A stretch of 39,568 nucleotides of DNA from Candidatus Komeilibacteria bacterium (GCA_026396635.1 JAPLWL010000021.1:11928-51495); one strand, 5' to 3'. Counted from the stretch's first letter, positions 25,322-33,995 are shown. Notes: generated from the letters alone by a model not told the origin. A program made the numbers and translations.

Positions 25322-26422
25322 TTAAAATAAATTTTTTAACTGTTGCCACCAAGATGAAGTATATAATAATAAATCTTTATAAGTGATCAAGGCTACTAGA
25401 ATGAGCAGCAAAGCAAAACCGGTTTGATGAAAAGCATTCTCCAAAGAGGCTCGATTAGGCTTGCGTCTAATTTTTTCAATAATAATAAATAAGATTCGGC
25501 CGCCATCTAGCGCTGGAATAGGTAAGATATTAATTACGGCCAAATTTAAGGATAACAGGGCGGCAAACTGCAATAAATATCTAAAACCCAAATCCACCAT
25601 TTGCCCAGTCATGACCGCCACCCCAACCGGACCGGACAACGAAGCGGCAGTTCCGTGTCCGGTAACCAAACCACCTATTAGCTTGGCTAAACTAATAAAA
25701 ATTTGAGCCACAATAAAACCCGTCAATTTTAAGGCTTCCCAAGGAGCCCGCCACCAAGAATATTTTATTAAACCAGTCTGAGCCAGATTAACTCCTAAAA
25801 TTTTATTAGTTTGTCCGGGAACAGTTTGAGCTTGAGCCCGAATTTCCTGTTTTTGATTTTTTCTTTCTATTTCTAAAGTAAATACCTTGTCCGAATGGCT
25901 TTGAATATATTGAACATAGCCTTCCGGGGTTTTAAAAGTTTGGCCATCAATATTTTTAATGATATCACCTAAATGTAAGCCGGCAGTCGCCGCCGCCGAT
26001 TTAGGCAAAACTTGAGTAATTTGAATTTGCGAATCAATTGCTTTACCGGCCACAGATTGATCTACCACGCCCGGCAAGCCAATTATTAAACCAATACTTA
26101 ATAAAAACCAGCCCAAAACAATGTTCATAGCCACGCCGGCCACCAAAACCAAAAACTTTTTCCAAAAAGGTTGAATGGAAAAACTATCGGGCTCAGTGAT
26201 TAAATCACCGTTCTCTCCTTTAATTTTTACAAAACCACCCAGAGGTACCCAATTTAAGGAATAAACAATACCATCTTTAATTTTACTGGCTAATCTGGGC
26301 GGAAAGCCTAAACCAAATTCTTCCACGCCAATTTTTAATCGGCGGGCAACTTGAAAATGCCCAACTTCATGAACTAAAACTAAAATTCCCAATAAAATAA
26401 GGAAGGCGACAATGGTAACCAT
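25322..26422 (-). CDS. rseP: RIP metalloprotease RseP (M50 site-2 protease)
   Basis: The HEVGHF (HExxH) motif lies in the first TM segment. There is a central PDZ-like segment (GLHLGDIIKNIDGQ). The NILPIPALDGG motif is present. Confidence 0.88.
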   Translation of the reverse strand: MVTIVAFLILLGILVLVHEVGHFQVARRLKIGVEEFGLGFPPRLASKIKDGIVYSLNWVPLGGFVKIKGENGDLITEPDSFSIQPFWKKFLVLVAGVAMNIVLGWFLLSIGLIIGLPGVVDQSVAGKAIDSQIQITQVLPKSAAATAGLHLGDIIKNIDGQTFKTPEGYVQYIQSHSDKVFTLEIERKNQKQEIRAQAQTVPGQTNKILGVNLAQTGLIKYSWWRAPWEALKLTGFIVAQIFISLAKLIGGLVTGHGTAASLSGPVGVAVMTGQMVDLGFRYLLQFAALLSLNLAVINILPIPALDGGRILFIIIEKIRRKPNRASLENAFHQTGFALLLILVALITYKDLLLYTSSWWQQLKNLF

Positions 26423-26424
26423 AA

Positions 26425-26979
26425 TTAAATTTTCATGATTTCTTCTTCTTTGCTTTCACCCAACTCTTTAATCACATCGGTTTGTTTTCTAATTAATTCA
26501 TCCAACTCTTCCAAATACTTAAACTTAGCATCTTCGGAAAATTCTTTCCGTTTTTCTTTATTAATAACCTCTTCTTTTATCTTTTCCCGAATTTGCCGCA
26601 AGCTAACCTTAGCTTCTTCTAATTTTTGATGAAGTTGTTTAACAATTTCTTTCCGACGCTCTTCCGTTAATGATGCAAACGACAACCGAATCAAAGTCCC
26701 ATCAACTATAGGCTGGGCGCCAACATTAGCCTGTTGCAAAGCTTTTTCAATATTTTTAACTACTGCTTTATCCCAAGGCTGAATTACTAAAGTTCTAGCT
26801 TCTGGATTACTAATACTGGCCAACTGAATTAATGGCATCAGGGCGTCATAAACCTCAACATTAACATTTTCAATTAAACTAGAATTGACCCGATTAGTTC
26901 GCAAACTGCCCATCTCCGACTTTAGAAACTCAATTACCCTAGTTAGATCTGCTTTATAGTTTTGAATAAAATCACTCAT
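26425..26979 (-). CDS. frr: ribosome recycling factor
   Basis: This 184-aa protein shows typical Frr sequence (VEVYDALMPLIQLASISNPEARTLVIQPWDK...LTEERRKEIVK). Confidence 0.9.
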   Translation of the reverse strand: MSDFIQNYKADLTRVIEFLKSEMGSLRTNRVNSSLIENVNVEVYDALMPLIQLASISNPEARTLVIQPWDKAVVKNIEKALQQANVGAQPIVDGTLIRLSFASLTEERRKEIVKQLHQKLEEAKVSLRQIREKIKEEVINKEKRKEFSEDAKFKYLEELDELIRKQTDVIKELGESKEEEIMKI

Positions 26980-28052
26980 AGGTTATAAATTGAATTAACA
27001 ACAACTTTATGAACACCTAAATAAATTTGTGCTGGGTTTTCTGGATTAATGCCAATAAAAAAGGCAGCTCTAGAAGTTGGCAAAGTTCTGGGAATCCAGT
27101 TTAAACCACCATCTTGAGTTCGATACAGAGCCGTACCAATACCATAATAAATTTCTTTACTATTTTTAGGATTAACTGCCAGACCATAAATAATGGCAGT
27201 GCCGGGTGGCGTTAATAATTTAATAGCTTCCCAAGATTCCCCACCATTAGCACTCTTTAACAAACCATATTGAGAGGCGTAAATTAAACCATCATCTTGG
27301 GCCGGATCAAAAATTAAACTACGATAAATAGTTGAATGAGACCAGGGTTTCATTTTGGACCCTGGAATAATGTCTTGCCAATTTAAACCGCCGTCTTGAG
27401 ACTTAAAAACACCCTGATCAGCAGTGGCCACATACATGGTCCTAGAATTTTTAGGATTAATTAATAATTTAACTAAGTTGGGAGCAAAAAATTTAACTGC
27501 TTGCCAAGAAATTCCGGCATCCAAACTTTTAAACAACGTGCCGCCAGAAGTGATACCATAAATTATACTGCTGTTTTGAGGATCAATAACTAAGTCGGTA
27601 ATTTTATTAACTGGGTCAATTCTGGTTTCAATAAGCGTTTTACCCCAACGCCGGCTGCAATCGTTGGTTTTATAAACCCGGCTGCCAATCGCCGCATAAA
27701 CAACACAATGATTTTTAGCATCAACCGTAATGGCATTAATCCTACCTTCACCAACTAAAGTATTTTGCCAGCCGGCCCCGGCATTATAACTATAATAAAT
27801 TCCATTTTGCTCGGTACCAACATAAATAGCCTGACCATCAACTGGATCAATAGTTAGGGCAGTTACATCAACCTGATTAAAACTCCGACTAATATCATCG
27901 GTTCGATAAACCAAGGTTCGTTGGACCCAATTGTCGCCCCGATCAGCACTAACATATAAACCGCCATCAAAACCCCGAGAGGTTTTGATATTAACCACAC
28001 AACCTGAAAGAAAAAACATTAAAATAATGGCAATGCCAATTTTATTTTTCAT
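26976..28052 (-). CDS. BNR/Asp-box repeat beta-propeller lipoprotein (Ycf48-like)
   Basis: There are six or more SxDxGxxW-type repeats (SADRGDNW, SYNAGAGW, SLDAGISW, SQDGGLNW, SANGGESW, TQDGGLNW). The signal peptide has a lipobox, MKNKIGIAIILMFFLSGC. The chosen start makes an ATGA overlap with the end of holB. Confidence 0.75.
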   Translation of the reverse strand: MKNKIGIAIILMFFLSGCVVNIKTSRGFDGGLYVSADRGDNWVQRTLVYRTDDISRSFNQVDVTALTIDPVDGQAIYVGTEQNGIYYSYNAGAGWQNTLVGEGRINAITVDAKNHCVVYAAIGSRVYKTNDCSRRWGKTLIETRIDPVNKITDLVIDPQNSSIIYGITSGGTLFKSLDAGISWQAVKFFAPNLVKLLINPKNSRTMYVATADQGVFKSQDGGLNWQDIIPGSKMKPWSHSTIYRSLIFDPAQDDGLIYASQYGLLKSANGGESWEAIKLLTPPGTAIIYGLAVNPKNSKEIYYGIGTALYRTQDGGLNWIPRTLPTSRAAFFIGINPENPAQIYLGVHKVVVNSIYNL

Positions 28053-28435
28053 AGACTCATAATTAAATATTCCCAAATAACTTGCGGGGTAACATTTTGC
28101 CTAAGCAAAGTCTTGCCCCAGCGCAAACTTTCTCCTATTTTTAAAATTTTATTAATTGGCCAATTTCCCTGTCTGATTATTTCGGCCAGGCTAGCTGCTA
28201 AAAAACTAATATTTTCACGGATACCTTCTGTTGAATAATCATCCTGATTCAGAATAAAAGCCGAACGATTAGCCTGATCAGCTTCTTGGATTAATTTTTT
28301 AAACACCGCTTCTTTATTCTGCTGCTCCTGAAAAAGATTTGGTTCATTAAACCAATTAATGGCTAAGCCCGGCCGCCAGTTACACTTTTTGGCATATTCA
28401 TTAGCTAACTGAGGCAAACTGCCAGCCGCCAACAA
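28049..28435 (-). CDS. holB: DNA polymerase III delta' subunit, C-terminal fragment
   Basis: This fragment continues the holB N-terminal fragment in another frame. That frame is open upstream to about 28494 and reads ...SPTEEITNGLLAAGSLPQLANEYAKK. Confidence 0.6.
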   Translation of the reverse strand: MLAAGSLPQLANEYAKKCNWRPGLAINWFNEPNLFQEQQNKEAVFKKLIQEADQANRSAFILNQDDYSTEGIRENISFLAASLAEIIRQGNWPINKILKIGESLRWGKTLLRQNVTPQVIWEYLIMSL

Positions 28436-28914
28436 ACCATTAGTAATTTCCTCTGTCGGGCTCGGGAACGAATAGTCGGTAGGATTTTTTGCCCATCATT
28501 AACTATAATTATTATTAAGGTTTGGCCGCTTGGTTCTTCTAAAATCTTCAGTAAAGCATTGCTGGATTCCTGATTTAAATATTCAGCCTCTTGAATTATT
28601 CCGACTTTGTAAGGCGCGGCAAATGGCCGTAAAATTAAATCTTTTTGCCAAACTCTAACCTGTTCAATACCAATTTCTGTTTTATCTGGCAATCTTTCCA
28701 ATAAATGCACATCTGGCTGCTGCCAAATTGAAACCTCATCTGCCAATTTTAACAGCCTTTTAATGAACTCTTCGGCCACCAAGGTTTTGCCCAAATGCCG
28801 TTGGCCGCAAAACAAAAAAGCATGATTATGTAAATATGGATTGGCTAAAAGATGATCCAGAAGAGTAGTTATTGATTGATGGCCAATGATTGGCCAATAG
28901 CTTTGTTTAGCCAT
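28405..28914 (-). CDS. holB: DNA polymerase III delta' subunit, N-terminal AAA+ fragment
   Basis: Motifs are IIGHQSITTLL, the P-loop FLFCGQRHLGKT, Walker B-like VGIIQEAEYL, SNALLKILEEP and the sensor motif LPTIRSRA. After that point the sequence reads as nonsense to the stop. Confidence 0.8.
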   Translation of the reverse strand: MAKQSYWPIIGHQSITTLLDHLLANPYLHNHAFLFCGQRHLGKTLVAEEFIKRLLKLADEVSIWQQPDVHLLERLPDKTEIGIEQVRVWQKDLILRPFAAPYKVGIIQEAEYLNQESSNALLKILEEPSGQTLIIIIVNDGQKILPTIRSRARQRKLLMVCWRLAVCLS

Positions 28915-29088
28915 GAAAAAATATTAACCTAATTGCTTTATATTGTACTAAACTATATCAACAAGATGGAGTTTAATCAAGTTTTTAAACAAAAATATGG
29001 CCCTTTTGTCAACCATTTTTAACCTATTCTAACTTCAAGTTACAAAAATTAATTATAATCAACCATCTTTAATAATGGGCCGATCTCG

Positions 29089-29124
29089 CCCACCATAGTC
29101 CCGATTTATCGGGACGAAGGTGGG
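29089..29124. other. two-tier hairpin in a 327-nt non-coding gap
   Basis: CCCACC (29089-29094) pairs with GGTGGG (29119-29124). The inner stem GTCCCGA (29098-29104) pairs with TCGGGAC (29109-29115), with loop TTTA. No U-run follows on either strand. Confidence 0.4.
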
Positions 29125-29145
29125 TCAAGAAAAAATACACCCTTA

Positions 29146-29229
29146 AGCCCGAAACATGACTACGGCAAAAATAAAACCCAAAATAATAAAAAATATGGGA
29201 ATAATATGAGTTAAATCAATAACCAACAT
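29146..29229 (-). CDS. possible 27-aa hydrophobic micro-protein
   Basis: Hand translation gives ATG (29229) MLVIDLTHIIPIFFIILGFIFAVVMFRA, then TAA. It lies 12 nt after the rnhA stop and is a single TM helix. It is too short for statistical support. Confidence 0.2.
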
Positions 29230-29241
29230 ATTGTCTCTTAG

Positions 29242-29655
29242 CTAAGCAGCTTTGTCTAATTCAACATTAACCAGTCGGTCTGCTTCTTTATTTTTTGACC
29301 TAACCACGTGCTGGAAAGTGATTTGCTGATAACCGGCCTTTAAATTCCAAACTTTAAGGAATAATTTTCCTAATTCCGGATCTTTAACTTTGTATTCCCC
29401 ATTTAATTGCTGAACCACCAATTCGCTGTCTAGAAAAAAGTTAAATTGATGCTCTTTGTAGGGCATTAATTTTTCTAAAGCTAAAATAACCGCGGCATAT
29501 TCAGCCTGATTATTAGTGGCTCGGCCTAAAAATTTGCTAAAAGAATCTATTTTCTTTAAAACTCCCTCCAACCTTTCATAAACTACCGCCGCGCAAGCGG
29601 CCGGACCAGGATTGCCTCGCGCGCCACCATCAGTAAAAACTGTTAACTGTTTCAT
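29242..29655 (-). CDS. rnhA: ribonuclease HI
   Basis: Motifs are VFTDGGARGNPGPAACAAVV, NNQAEYAAVILALE, DSELVVQQLNGEYKVK and VVRSKNKEADRLVN. Confidence 0.88.
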   Translation of the reverse strand: MKQLTVFTDGGARGNPGPAACAAVVYERLEGVLKKIDSFSKFLGRATNNQAEYAAVILALEKLMPYKEHQFNFFLDSELVVQQLNGEYKVKDPELGKLFLKVWNLKAGYQQITFQHVVRSKNKEADRLVNVELDKAA

Positions 29656-29658
29656 AAC

Positions 29659-29991
29659 CTAAGAAATTATCTGATAATCGATTAAAGTTAGTTGAATTTC
29701 TTTATTACCATTCCATTGATTAATACCTAAACGACACAAACCATCAATAGTCTTACCCACGGTCAATTCCAAATCTTGACCAAAACCAAAAGCCATAACT
29801 TTACGATCTTTGCGGCCATTGGAAAGGATTAAACGCAAATGTTTACCTTCGGTTAATTTTTCAGCCACTAAAACAACAACTTTTTCTAAAACAAAATATG
29901 GCTCGGCATTGCCTTGGCCAAAGGGCGCCAAAGCTAAAACTTGATCAACTAAATTCCAATCAATTTCCGAAAGGTTCAGGGGCGCTGCCAC
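29659..29991 (-). CDS. recJ: single-stranded-DNA exonuclease RecJ, C-terminal (OB-fold) fragment
   Basis: LAPFGQGNAEPYFVL and GKHLRLILSNG are typical of the RecJ C-terminus. The frame is open upstream to the T7 run at 30024-30030. Confidence 0.75.
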   Translation of the reverse strand: MAAPLNLSEIDWNLVDQVLALAPFGQGNAEPYFVLEKVVVLVAEKLTEGKHLRLILSNGRKDRKVMAFGFGQDLELTVGKTIDGLCRLGINQWNGNKEIQLTLIDYQIIS

Positions 29992-29993
29992 TT

Positions 29994-31301
29994 CTACGGT
30001 GGGCTGAGGAACGCTATCAATTCTTTTTTTAACCGAAACCCGGCCGCTTGAGGATGACCACCAAATTTATCTAATAATTCAGCTTGAGCAGTAATGGCCG
30101 TCATTAGATTCCAATCTTTAATACTACGGCCCGAGCCAACATATTGGCGTCCGTCCCAGGTAATAACTAAAGACGGCTTACTAAATTCCTGGGTAATTTT
30201 AGAAGAGACTAGTCCCAGTAGTCCGGCCGGCCAACCATCACCCACGGCTATTAACAAATTATCATTAATTTGCAAAGTGGCTTTGGCGACTTGCAAAACT
30301 TCTTCTACCTGTTGCTGCCGATCAAGATTATTCTGATTTAAACCTAAGGCCAATCCAGTTGCCTCTTCTAAACTTTCGGTAACCAATAACTCTAAAGCCG
30401 TATTGGCGTGTTCCATTCGACCGGCAGCATTTAAGCGGGGTGCAAGTTGCCAAGAAATAGTATCAGCAGTAATTTTATCAGTGTTAGTATTGGCTAAAAT
30501 CATTAATTCATTTAAGCCTAAATTTTGAGTTTTGCTTAAAACAATCAGCCCATACTTAACCAGAGTCCGATTTTCTCCTAAAAGCGGCACCATATCAGCT
30601 ACCGCCGAAATTGCTACCAAATCCAATAACCACTTTTTCATCTTTTCTTTTTCCAGATCCGACCAATCAGATTTTTCAATTAAACCACAGGCTAATTTAT
30701 AGGCCACTCCGCCGCCGGCTAAATATTTAAAAGGATAAGCCTCTCCTGGTGCTTGCGGATGAATAATGCCCAGGGCCTTAGGCAACTCGGCCGGCAATTG
30801 ATGATGATCAGTAATAATTACTTCTAAACCCAAAGAATTAGCATAAGCAACTTCCTCGGTATTACTAATGCCACAATCAACTGTTATAACAATTTTAGCA
30901 CCCTGATCTTTAATAAAATCTAAAGCCAGCTTATTCAAGCCATAGCCTTCTTTTTCCCGATGTGGTAAATAAACGGCAAATTTAAAACCCAACTTTTTAA
31001 AAGTTCTGGCTAAAATAGCACTGCCACAAACACCGTCGGCATCATAATCTCCATAAATATAAACCAACTCGTCCTTAGCCTTGGCTTGTTGTAACCGTTC
31101 AACCACTTTAGCTAAGTGATTAAACAAAAATGGCGAATAAAGATCGCGGGAATAATCTGGAGACAAAAAACTTTCAATTTCCTGATCAGTGCTTAGTTGA
31201 CGTTGCCAAAGTAAAGTACCAACCGCCTCTGATAATTCTGGAAATTTTTCCAACCATTCCTTAGGCGCCGCCGGCAAAATTTTCCAAGTAAATTTTGACA
31301 T
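29994..31301 (-). CDS. recJ: single-stranded-DNA exonuclease RecJ, DHH/DHHA1 fragment
   Basis: Motifs are IYGDYDADGVCGSAIL, ITVDCGISN, IITDHH and GGHPQAAGF. I chose the start MSKFTWKIL at 31301, directly after the upstream stop. Confidence 0.85.
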   Translation of the reverse strand: MSKFTWKILPAAPKEWLEKFPELSEAVGTLLWQRQLSTDQEIESFLSPDYSRDLYSPFLFNHLAKVVERLQQAKAKDELVYIYGDYDADGVCGSAILARTFKKLGFKFAVYLPHREKEGYGLNKLALDFIKDQGAKIVITVDCGISNTEEVAYANSLGLEVIITDHHQLPAELPKALGIIHPQAPGEAYPFKYLAGGGVAYKLACGLIEKSDWSDLEKEKMKKWLLDLVAISAVADMVPLLGENRTLVKYGLIVLSKTQNLGLNELMILANTNTDKITADTISWQLAPRLNAAGRMEHANTALELLVTESLEEATGLALGLNQNNLDRQQQVEEVLQVAKATLQINDNLLIAVGDGWPAGLLGLVSSKITQEFSKPSLVITWDGRQYVGSGRSIKDWNLMTAITAQAELLDKFGGHPQAAGFRLKKELIAFLSPP

Positions 31302-31302
31302 A

Positions 31303-32163
31303 TTATAAAAAGTACAAAGCGACTGCAATAACAATCTGGCTCAAACCTAACATTAATTTCATATATCGATTAGACCGTTCCTGCCAATCTTTAACTTCAA
31401 AAATTCTTTTGCTCCAAAGCAACCCAATAAAAATCACCAAAATTGGCACAATAAACATAAAATTGTACCAAAGTAAATAAACCAAAACTTTAGCCCAAGT
31501 AAATAAACCAGTTAAAATGGTAACCGAACCAATATAAATTGGCAGGCTACACGGTAATTCAAATAAAGTCACCAAAACCCCTAAAATAATAACCGTAGGA
31601 AAACTAAGCTTTTCTAAATACTTTAGAATAATCCCGGATTGTTTTTTAGAAATACCCAGACTTAAACCTTTTTGATACCAAAAATAATCTTTTAGATTTA
31701 ATAAGCCGGCCAAAGCAATTAAAGCCAAAACCACAATTTTAAAAACTTGGCTAACTATTGGGTAGGCCGTCCAATTAAGCAGCCTAGAAGCAAATTCAGA
31801 AAAAATAATCCCAATAAAAAAATAAGTAACAAAAATTGTAATAATATAAACCGAGCCCAAGGGCAACATTAACTTTTCTTTTTTGGCAAAAATCATTAAA
31901 TAACCCAGCAACAAAATTAAAGTGCCAATAGCACAAGGATTAATGCCGTCAATTAATCCAGCCACGGTTAACATTAGCCAAGTTTGTTTCTGACCACCCA
32001 AAAATTGCAACAAACCAGTGGCTGGCCTGGCACAAGTTCCACCTTGAACGCATTCAATGGCTATATTATCAGTATTTTGAGCATAAGCCGATCCCACCCA
32101 GCTTAAGCTAGTCAAGGCAATCAAGGCTAATACAAAAATAATCAATCCTTTTCTAAAACCCAT
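31303..32163 (-). CDS. CcdA/DsbD-family thiol-disulfide transmembrane protein
   Basis: There is a signal peptide. The motif GLIDGINPCAIGTL and a second Cys motif, ELPCSLPIY, both lie in TM helices. The protein is polytopic. Confidence 0.6.
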   Translation of the reverse strand: MGFRKGLIIFVLALIALTSLSWVGSAYAQNTDNIAIECVQGGTCARPATGLLQFLGGQKQTWLMLTVAGLIDGINPCAIGTLILLLGYLMIFAKKEKLMLPLGSVYIITIFVTYFFIGIIFSEFASRLLNWTAYPIVSQVFKIVVLALIALAGLLNLKDYFWYQKGLSLGISKKQSGIILKYLEKLSFPTVIILGVLVTLFELPCSLPIYIGSVTILTGLFTWAKVLVYLLWYNFMFIVPILVIFIGLLWSKRIFEVKDWQERSNRYMKLMLGLSQIVIAVALYFL

Positions 32164-32168
32164 AGTAA

Positions 32169-32840
32169 TTAAACGGAAAAACGTTTTTTAGTTGTTGGCT
32201 TCTTTTTAATAGCAATTTCTTTTAAATCAATTACTTCGTTAGATTTTTTTACTGTTTTTTTAACCTCTGGGGCCGGCGAAGTAACCACCACTTTTTTATT
32301 AATAACCGGTGGCTGACTAAAAGCCTGCTGATTAACCGCGCGAGCTTCTGGTTGTGGGACGAATTGTTGAACTAGCCCAGCTTGAATAACTGGCGCTACT
32401 CTTTCTTCTCGTTGCTCCCTTTGTAAATATAAAAATGTTCTACTTTCCTGCCTCAGCCAACGCAAGAGGACTATAATAATAACTAAAATCAACAGAACAA
32501 TCAATCCTAATAGGTAGGGTAAAATTTCTTCAAACCAACCAGTTGGCTTAACTAAAGCGCCAGTCATTTCACTTTCAGACTGTTTTAATTCTTTGGTACT
32601 AGCAATAAAAGGATAAGTTACAGTAGCATTTTGATTTAAAATCCTCATTAATTCCTTAACCTTAGCCTCATCAACAACTGCCGGGCCAACAACTGGACTA
32701 CTTACCGGCTTAGTTTGGGCAGATTTAGTCGTTGTTGGTTTTTGAAAAATATTTCTACTAGGAGTAGCTCCCCTGGCCTCATAAGAAAACCCAATCAAGC
32801 AGGCCGTGATCACTAATAATAAACCGAATTTTTTGATCAT
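32169..32840 (-). CDS. hypothetical bitopic membrane protein
   Basis: It has a signal peptide, an extracytoplasmic segment, one TM segment (ILPYLLGLIVLLILVIIIVLL) and a Lys/Gln/Pro-rich tail. It makes an ATGA overlap with the upstream gene. Confidence 0.55.
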   Translation of the reverse strand: MIKKFGLLLVITACLIGFSYEARGATPSRNIFQKPTTTKSAQTKPVSSPVVGPAVVDEAKVKELMRILNQNATVTYPFIASTKELKQSESEMTGALVKPTGWFEEILPYLLGLIVLLILVIIIVLLRWLRQESRTFLYLQREQREERVAPVIQAGLVQQFVPQPEARAVNQQAFSQPPVINKKVVVTSPAPEVKKTVKKSNEVIDLKEIAIKKKPTTKKRFSV

Positions 32841-33991
32841 ATAGTTTTGGTATTAGCTAAAAGCAGCTGAGTAATAAGGGCCGCTTCATCTACTGCCACC
32901 ACAAAATTCTTTGGTTTTTGGGCTAAGTGCAAACCGCCCCAAACTAATTTTCTAACCACCTCGCTTTGACAACCAATGGTTCCACCCCAAACTATGGCCT
33001 GAAGGCTGCCGGCCACCGCACTAAAACTGCCAATGGTTTTTTGTAGCTGATAAATAAAGATCTCTAAAGCCAAACGCGCACCACTCTTTTGCGCCGGACT
33101 GTATTTTATTTTAGTTTTATAATTATTCACCACAAAACCGGCTGCCTGTAAAATATCTCTAAAATCAACTAACCCACAAACGCCTAACCAACCAGATTCT
33201 TGAAACAACAAAGCTTTTAACTCTTTAGTGGTATAACCCTGCTCCAGCAAATAAATCATTAAATAAGGATCCGCGTCACCAAGTTGCCGCGCCCCAGACA
33301 AACCTGAGCTCAGGCTTAATCCAAAACTAACATCAACTGCCCGGCCGTTTTGGATTAAACAAACACTGGAAATATTTCCCAGTTGAATGGTAATTATATT
33401 AACCTTACTTTCTGAAGTCTTTAATTTATTGGCCGTGGCTTTCAATAAAAATTGATGGACTAGTCCTTGATAGCCAATTTTTTTAAGATTAAAACGATTA
33501 GTAATTTTTGCTGGCAAGGCATAGGTCTTGGCTTTTAACGGCAAACTATTTAAAAAAGCACTATCAGCCACTGCCCACTGCTTAGCCTTAGGGAAAGCAT
33601 TAAATGAAGCCGGCAATATAATTTGACTCGTCTCATTATAACTTGGAGCCAAAAAAGACCATTGTCTTAACTTTTTTAATAAATCTTTATTAACTACTGA
33701 GATCATGGCTGGTTCAGGACCCAAAGCCATTACCTGATGTCCAATGGTAGTTATTTGGCCGTAAATTTCTTTGGGAATCAGTTTGACCAATTGCTTAAAA
33801 GCAGCTGAATAAGTTAACCCTTGTTGAAAATTTAATTGATTCTTTTTGATTCCCCGCTCAACAATAAAACTATTTTTTTGGTTTAGCTGTTCGGCTTTGG
33901 CCTGCCAAACACTCTTTAATTTTGGCAGCTCAAATAATTCTAGAGCCAAGCTAGAATTACCAGGGATAATGACTGCCAAATATTTGCTCAT
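32837..33991 (-). CDS. acetate/propionate kinase family protein, divergent (catalytic residues substituted)
   Basis: It is colinear with AckA. Matching segments are VIIPGNSSLALEL, IGHQVMALG, LAPSYNE, AVADSAFLNSLP, IGYQGLVHQF, IQLGNISSV, GARQLGDADP, DFRDIL, ALEIFIYQLQKTIGSFSAV and GGTIGCQS. Confidence 0.7.
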   Translation of the reverse strand: MSKYLAVIIPGNSSLALELFELPKLKSVWQAKAEQLNQKNSFIVERGIKKNQLNFQQGLTYSAAFKQLVKLIPKEIYGQITTIGHQVMALGPEPAMISVVNKDLLKKLRQWSFLAPSYNETSQIILPASFNAFPKAKQWAVADSAFLNSLPLKAKTYALPAKITNRFNLKKIGYQGLVHQFLLKATANKLKTSESKVNIITIQLGNISSVCLIQNGRAVDVSFGLSLSSGLSGARQLGDADPYLMIYLLEQGYTTKELKALLFQESGWLGVCGLVDFRDILQAAGFVVNNYKTKIKYSPAQKSGARLALEIFIYQLQKTIGSFSAVAGSLQAIVWGGTIGCQSEVVRKLVWGGLHLAQKPKNFVVAVDEAALITQLLLANTKTI

Positions 33992-33995
33992 GAAA

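Noticed and set aside
29080-29130. The hairpin at 29089-29124 as an SRP (4.5S) RNA or an intrinsic terminator.
   Set aside because: It lacks the conserved SRP domain IV motif (GGAA-type loop and flanking AGCA/GGAAG bulges). No U-run follows the stem on either strand.
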